DNA of 32,000 bases from Deinococcus radiodurans R1 = ATCC 13939 = DSM 20539 (GTDB lineage: Bacteria > Deinococcota > Deinococci > Deinococcales > Deinococcaceae). Position 1 is the stretch's first letter, and each line of letters begins with the position of its first letter. The stretch is taken from the NCBI RefSeq assembly GCF_000008565.1, contig NC_001264.1, forward strand, positions 247,418 through 279,417. Direction: 5' to 3'. Below, in pieces: positions 29,218 to 32,000 of the stretch. The notes under the pieces are model-generated. The model was given only the letters and a program-made list of their open reading frames with translations, was not told where the DNA came from and made no database searches. The translations under genes and the position numbers were made by a program.

Positions 29218-30977
29218 ACTTCCGCCCCCAGATAGGCTTCGCGCACCGCCGGGTTGCTGCGAACCTGCTGCGGGCTGCCCTGCGCGAGTTCCTGCCCGCT
29301 GTTCATGACCACCAGACGGTCCACCAGATTCATGACCAGGTCCATGTCGTGCTCCACGATGAGGATGGTGACGCCTTCGTCGCGCAGTTTCCTGAGCAGC
29401 GTCGCAAGCTCCTGTTTTTCTCCGAAGCGCAGCCCCGCCGCCGGTTCGTCGAGCAGCAGGAAACTGGGGTCGGCGACCAGCGCGCGGGCGATTTCGAGCA
29501 GCCGTTGCTGGCCGAGCGCGAGGTTGCCGGCCTGCTCGTAGGCTTGCTCGCTCAGGCCGACGCGTTCGAGTTGTGTGAGCGCGAGCCCTTGCAGCGCCGC
29601 TTCCTCGCCGCGCTCGAGGTGCAACATGCTTCGCAGCAACCCGGCCTGACCACGGGCGTAGCCGCCCATCATGGTATTTTCGAGCAGCGAGAGTTCGGGA
29701 AACAGCTTGACGTGCTGAAAGGTCCGCGCCACGCCGAGGCGGTGAATCGCCCGCGCCGGCAGCCGCCCGGCGTCGTGGCCCAGCACTTCCACCGTGCCGG
29801 AGGTCGCCGGGTTGACGCCCGTGACGAGGTTGAACATGGTGGACTTGCCCGCCCCGTTCGGCCCGATGAGGCCCACGATTTCGCCCGCGTTGACATCGAA
29901 GCTCACGTCGTTGACGGCCTTGAGCCCGCCGAACTGCTTGACGGCGTTGCGTACTTTCAGTATCGGACTGCCGGGCGCCGGGGTGGGCCGGTGCGGAAAA
30001 GTCACGGCCCGCGCCAGCAGCCGGGGCTTGCCCGCCGGGACAAAGCGCTCGATAAGCGGCCACAGCCCGCGCCGGGCAAATTGCAGCGTCAGGATAATGA
30101 GGATGCCGAGCACGACGATTTCGTAGTTGGTGTTTTCACCGAGCAGCCGGGGCAGCACGTCCTGCAAGACCTCGCGCAGCAGGGTGATGAGCACCGCGCC
30201 CGCCACGCCGCCCCAGACGTAGCCGCTGCCGCCGATAACCGCCATAAAGAGGTACTCGATGCCCACGTTCAGCCCGAACGGCGTGGGATTCACGAAGCGC
30301 TGCTGGTGGGCGTAGAGCCAGCCCGCCACCGACGCCATGACCGCCGAGAGCACGAACACCTGCACGCGCAGGGCAAAGGTATTGGCCCCGAACGCCTCCG
30401 CCACCACCGGCCCGGTTCGCAGCGCCCGCAGCGCCCGCCCGAAGCGGCTGGAAAGCAGAAACTGGGCGGCCACGATGGTCAGCGCCAGAAACGCCAGCGC
30501 CAGATAAGCGAATTCGCGCGGCTGGTCGAGCACCCTGCCGAAAAAGCTGACCGGCGGAATCTCGCGGATGCCGGTAAAGCCGCCGAGCGCGGGCGTGTTG
30601 CCGAACACGTAATACAAACTGATGCCCCAGGCAATCGTCGCCAGCGGCAGGTAGTGCCCCTGCATCCTCAGCGTGATGAGGCCGAGGATATTGGCGACGG
30701 CGGCGGTGAGCAGCATCCCCGCCGGCAGCGTGAGCCAGGGGCTCCAGCCGTATTTGGTGGTGAGCAGCGCGGTGGTGTAGGCGCCCACGCCCATGAAGGC
30801 CGCTTGCCCGAACGAGGTCAGGCCCGAAATGCCCGTCAGCAGCACCAGCCCGATAACGGTGATGGACACGATGGCGATGTTCGTGAGCAGCGTGACCTGA
30901 AACACCGGCAGGACCAGGGGCAGCACCAGCGCCAGCACGGCGGCGATAATGGCGAGCAGCGTGCGCGGGCGCATCAC
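29214..30977 (-). CDS. Fused branched-chain amino acid ABC permease (LivM-like, N-terminal about 320 aa) and ATP-binding protein (LivG-like, C-terminal)
   Basis: Polytopic N-terminal half. C-terminal half has [22 protein letters not shown], Walker [10 protein letters not shown] and Walker [11 protein letters not shown]. The GTG start overlaps the livH TGA. Confidence 0.85.
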   Translation of the reverse strand: MMRPRTLLAIIAAVLALVLPLVLPVFQVTLLTNIAIVSITVIGLVLLTGISGLTSFGQAAFMGVGAYTTALLTTKYGWSPWLTLPAGMLLTAAVANILGLITLRMQGHYLPLATIAWGISLYYVFGNTPALGGFTGIREIPPVSFFGRVLDQPREFAYLALAFLALTIVAAQFLLSSRFGRALRALRTGPVVAEAFGANTFALRVQVFVLSAVMASVAGWLYAHQQRFVNPTPFGLNVGIEYLFMAVIGGSGYVWGGVAGAVLITLLREVLQDVLPRLLGENTNYEIVVLGILIILTLQFARRGLWPLIERFVPAGKPRLLARAVTFPHRPTPAPGSPILKVRNAVKQFGGLKAVNDVSFDVNAGEIVGLIGPNGAGKSTMFNLVTGVNPATSGTVEVLGHDAGRLPARAIHRLGVARTFQHVKLFPELSLLENTMMGGYARGQAGLLRSMLHLERGEEAALQGLALTQLERVGLSEQAYEQAGNLALGQQRLLEIARALVADPSFLLLDEPAAGLRFGEKQELATLLRKLRDEGVTILIVEHDMDLVMNLVDRLVVMNSGQELAQGSPQQVRSNPAVREAYLGAEV

Positions 30978-32000
30978 TCTTCCTCCTCGTCATGGTGCCG
31001 GGTGGAGAGGGAACGCCACAGCAGCACCGGCAAAATCAGGGTGAACACGATGACTTCTTTCCACTGGCTGAGGCTGAAACTGGCGTAACTCTCGATGAGG
31101 CCCACCAGCAGCGCCCCGATGGCGGCCAGCGGAAAAGACGCCAGCCCGCCGATAATCGCGCCGACAAAGCCCTTGAGACCGATGAGGAAGCCGGTGTCGT
31201 ACCCGATGGGGAACTTGGGGCCGATGAGCAGGCCGCTCAGCACGCCCATCAAGGCCGCCACCGTAAAGGCGAGTGACCCGGCGAACTCGGGCCGAATGCC
31301 CACCAGCCGCGCGCCCAGCCGGTTCACGGCGGTGGCCCGCAGCGCCTTGCCGAGCAGCGTGCGCTCGAAAAAGACGGCGAGGCCCGCCATCAGCGCCAGC
31401 GAAACGACCATGACGAGCAGGTTCTGGTAACTCAGCGAAAAGCTGCCGATGTGGAGATCACCGCTGACGAAGGCGGGCGTGTTGCTGCCCTCGGCGCCGA
31501 AGAACGCAAGCCCCAGCCCGGTGAGCGCGAGGTGCAGCGCGACCGAGGCGATGAGCAGCACCAGCACGGTGGCGTTGCGAAGCGGCTGGTACACCACGCG
31601 GTAAAGCAGCGGCCCCAGCGGCACGACGAGCAGCAGCGTCAGCAGCACCTGCACCGCCAGTGGCGCCTTGAGCGGCGCGAGCCAGCCGGTCAGCGCCCAC
31701 AGCAGCGCCCAGGCGCCCAGGCCAATCAGGACACTTCGCAGCGCCGCTTGAGTGTGCCCGGCGCGCAGCGACTGTACCACGTTCAGAATCACGCTCAGGG
31801 CGAGCAGCGCCAGTACCAGTTTCAGCGTGCCGGGCACCTTTCCTGCTTGCAGGCTCGCCAGCGTCAGCGCCCCGAACATCACGAATTCGCCCTGCGGAAT
31901 AAAAATCACGCGGGTCACGGCAAACACCAGCACCAGCGCCAGCGAAAGCAGCGCGTACACCGCGCCGTTCGTCAGCCCGTCGGTGGTCAGGATGGGAAAA
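30974..32000 (-). CDS. livH: Branched-chain amino acid ABC transporter permease (5' end lies outside the window)
   Basis: Polytopic LivH-like sequence. The frame stays open to the window edge ([22 protein letters not shown]...), so the track's start at 31960 is an internal GTG. Confidence 0.85.
   Translation of the reverse strand, partial: FPILTTDGLTNGAVYALLSLALVLVFAVTRVIFIPQGEFVMFGALTLASLQAGKVPGTLKLVLALLALSVILNVVQSLRAGHTQAALRSVLIGLGAWALLWALTGWLAPLKAPLAVQVLLTLLLVVPLGPLLYRVVYQPLRNATVLVLLIASVALHLALTGLGLAFFGAEGSNTPAFVSGDLHIGSFSLSYQNLLVMVVSLALMAGLAVFFERTLLGKALRATAVNRLGARLVGIRPEFAGSLAFTVAALMGVLSGLLIGPKFPIGYDTGFLIGLKGFVGAIIGGLASFPLAAIGALLVGLIESYASFSLSQWKEVIVFTLILPVLLWRSLSTRHHDEEEE

Noticed and set aside
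28501-30063. The 520-aa ORF in the track that looks like one large protein covering livF and part of the upstream gene.
   Set aside because: Only the C-terminal 238 residues (from [14 protein letters not shown] at 29217) are ABC-ATPase-like. The N-terminal part is an Arg/Ala/Pro-rich out-of-frame read of the LivG domain region.

Overview
Visibly GC-rich bacterial chromosomal window with about 25 protein genes, one complete insertion sequence and four copies of a small noncoding repeat. I saw no rRNA, tRNA or CRISPR array. The content looks Deinococcus-like: palindrome-rich small noncoding repeats in 3' intergenic regions, an IS4-family element, many 4-nt start/stop overlaps and a leaderless-type promoter. 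From memory the gene order (hmp ... large-subunit catalase) resembles D. radiodurans chromosome II, but I cannot verify that here. Gene order, left to right: Mo-pterin oxidoreductase large-subunit 3' end; a minus-strand run of FAD dehydrogenase, cobS, cobT, a beta-lactamase-like serine hydrolase and an Rrf2 regulator; divergent flavohemoglobin hmp; a radical SAM protein; an orphan family-5 ABC binding protein; a MarR plus DHA2 MFS efflux pair; a leishmanolysin-like lipoprotein; an acyl-CoA dehydrogenase; a quinone oxidoreductase plus MerR pair; the IS4-family element, inserted into a repeat copy; a penicillin/AHL-acylase family Ntn hydrolase; a PaaK-like ligase; an ankyrin protein, a Tat-signal ferritin-like protein and katE (HPII catalase); and a LIV-type ABC transporter with a fused LivM-LivG. 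I found no recognisable defence island or obviously new multi-gene system. The best second-look candidates are the katE / Tat ferritin-like / ankyrin cluster, the interleaved Rrf2-hmp control region with a two-Cys Rrf2, the marR promoter with a leaderless uORF, the CX4CX2C radical SAM protein, and the IS insertion into a repeat. The many long antisense ORFs in the track are GC artefacts.
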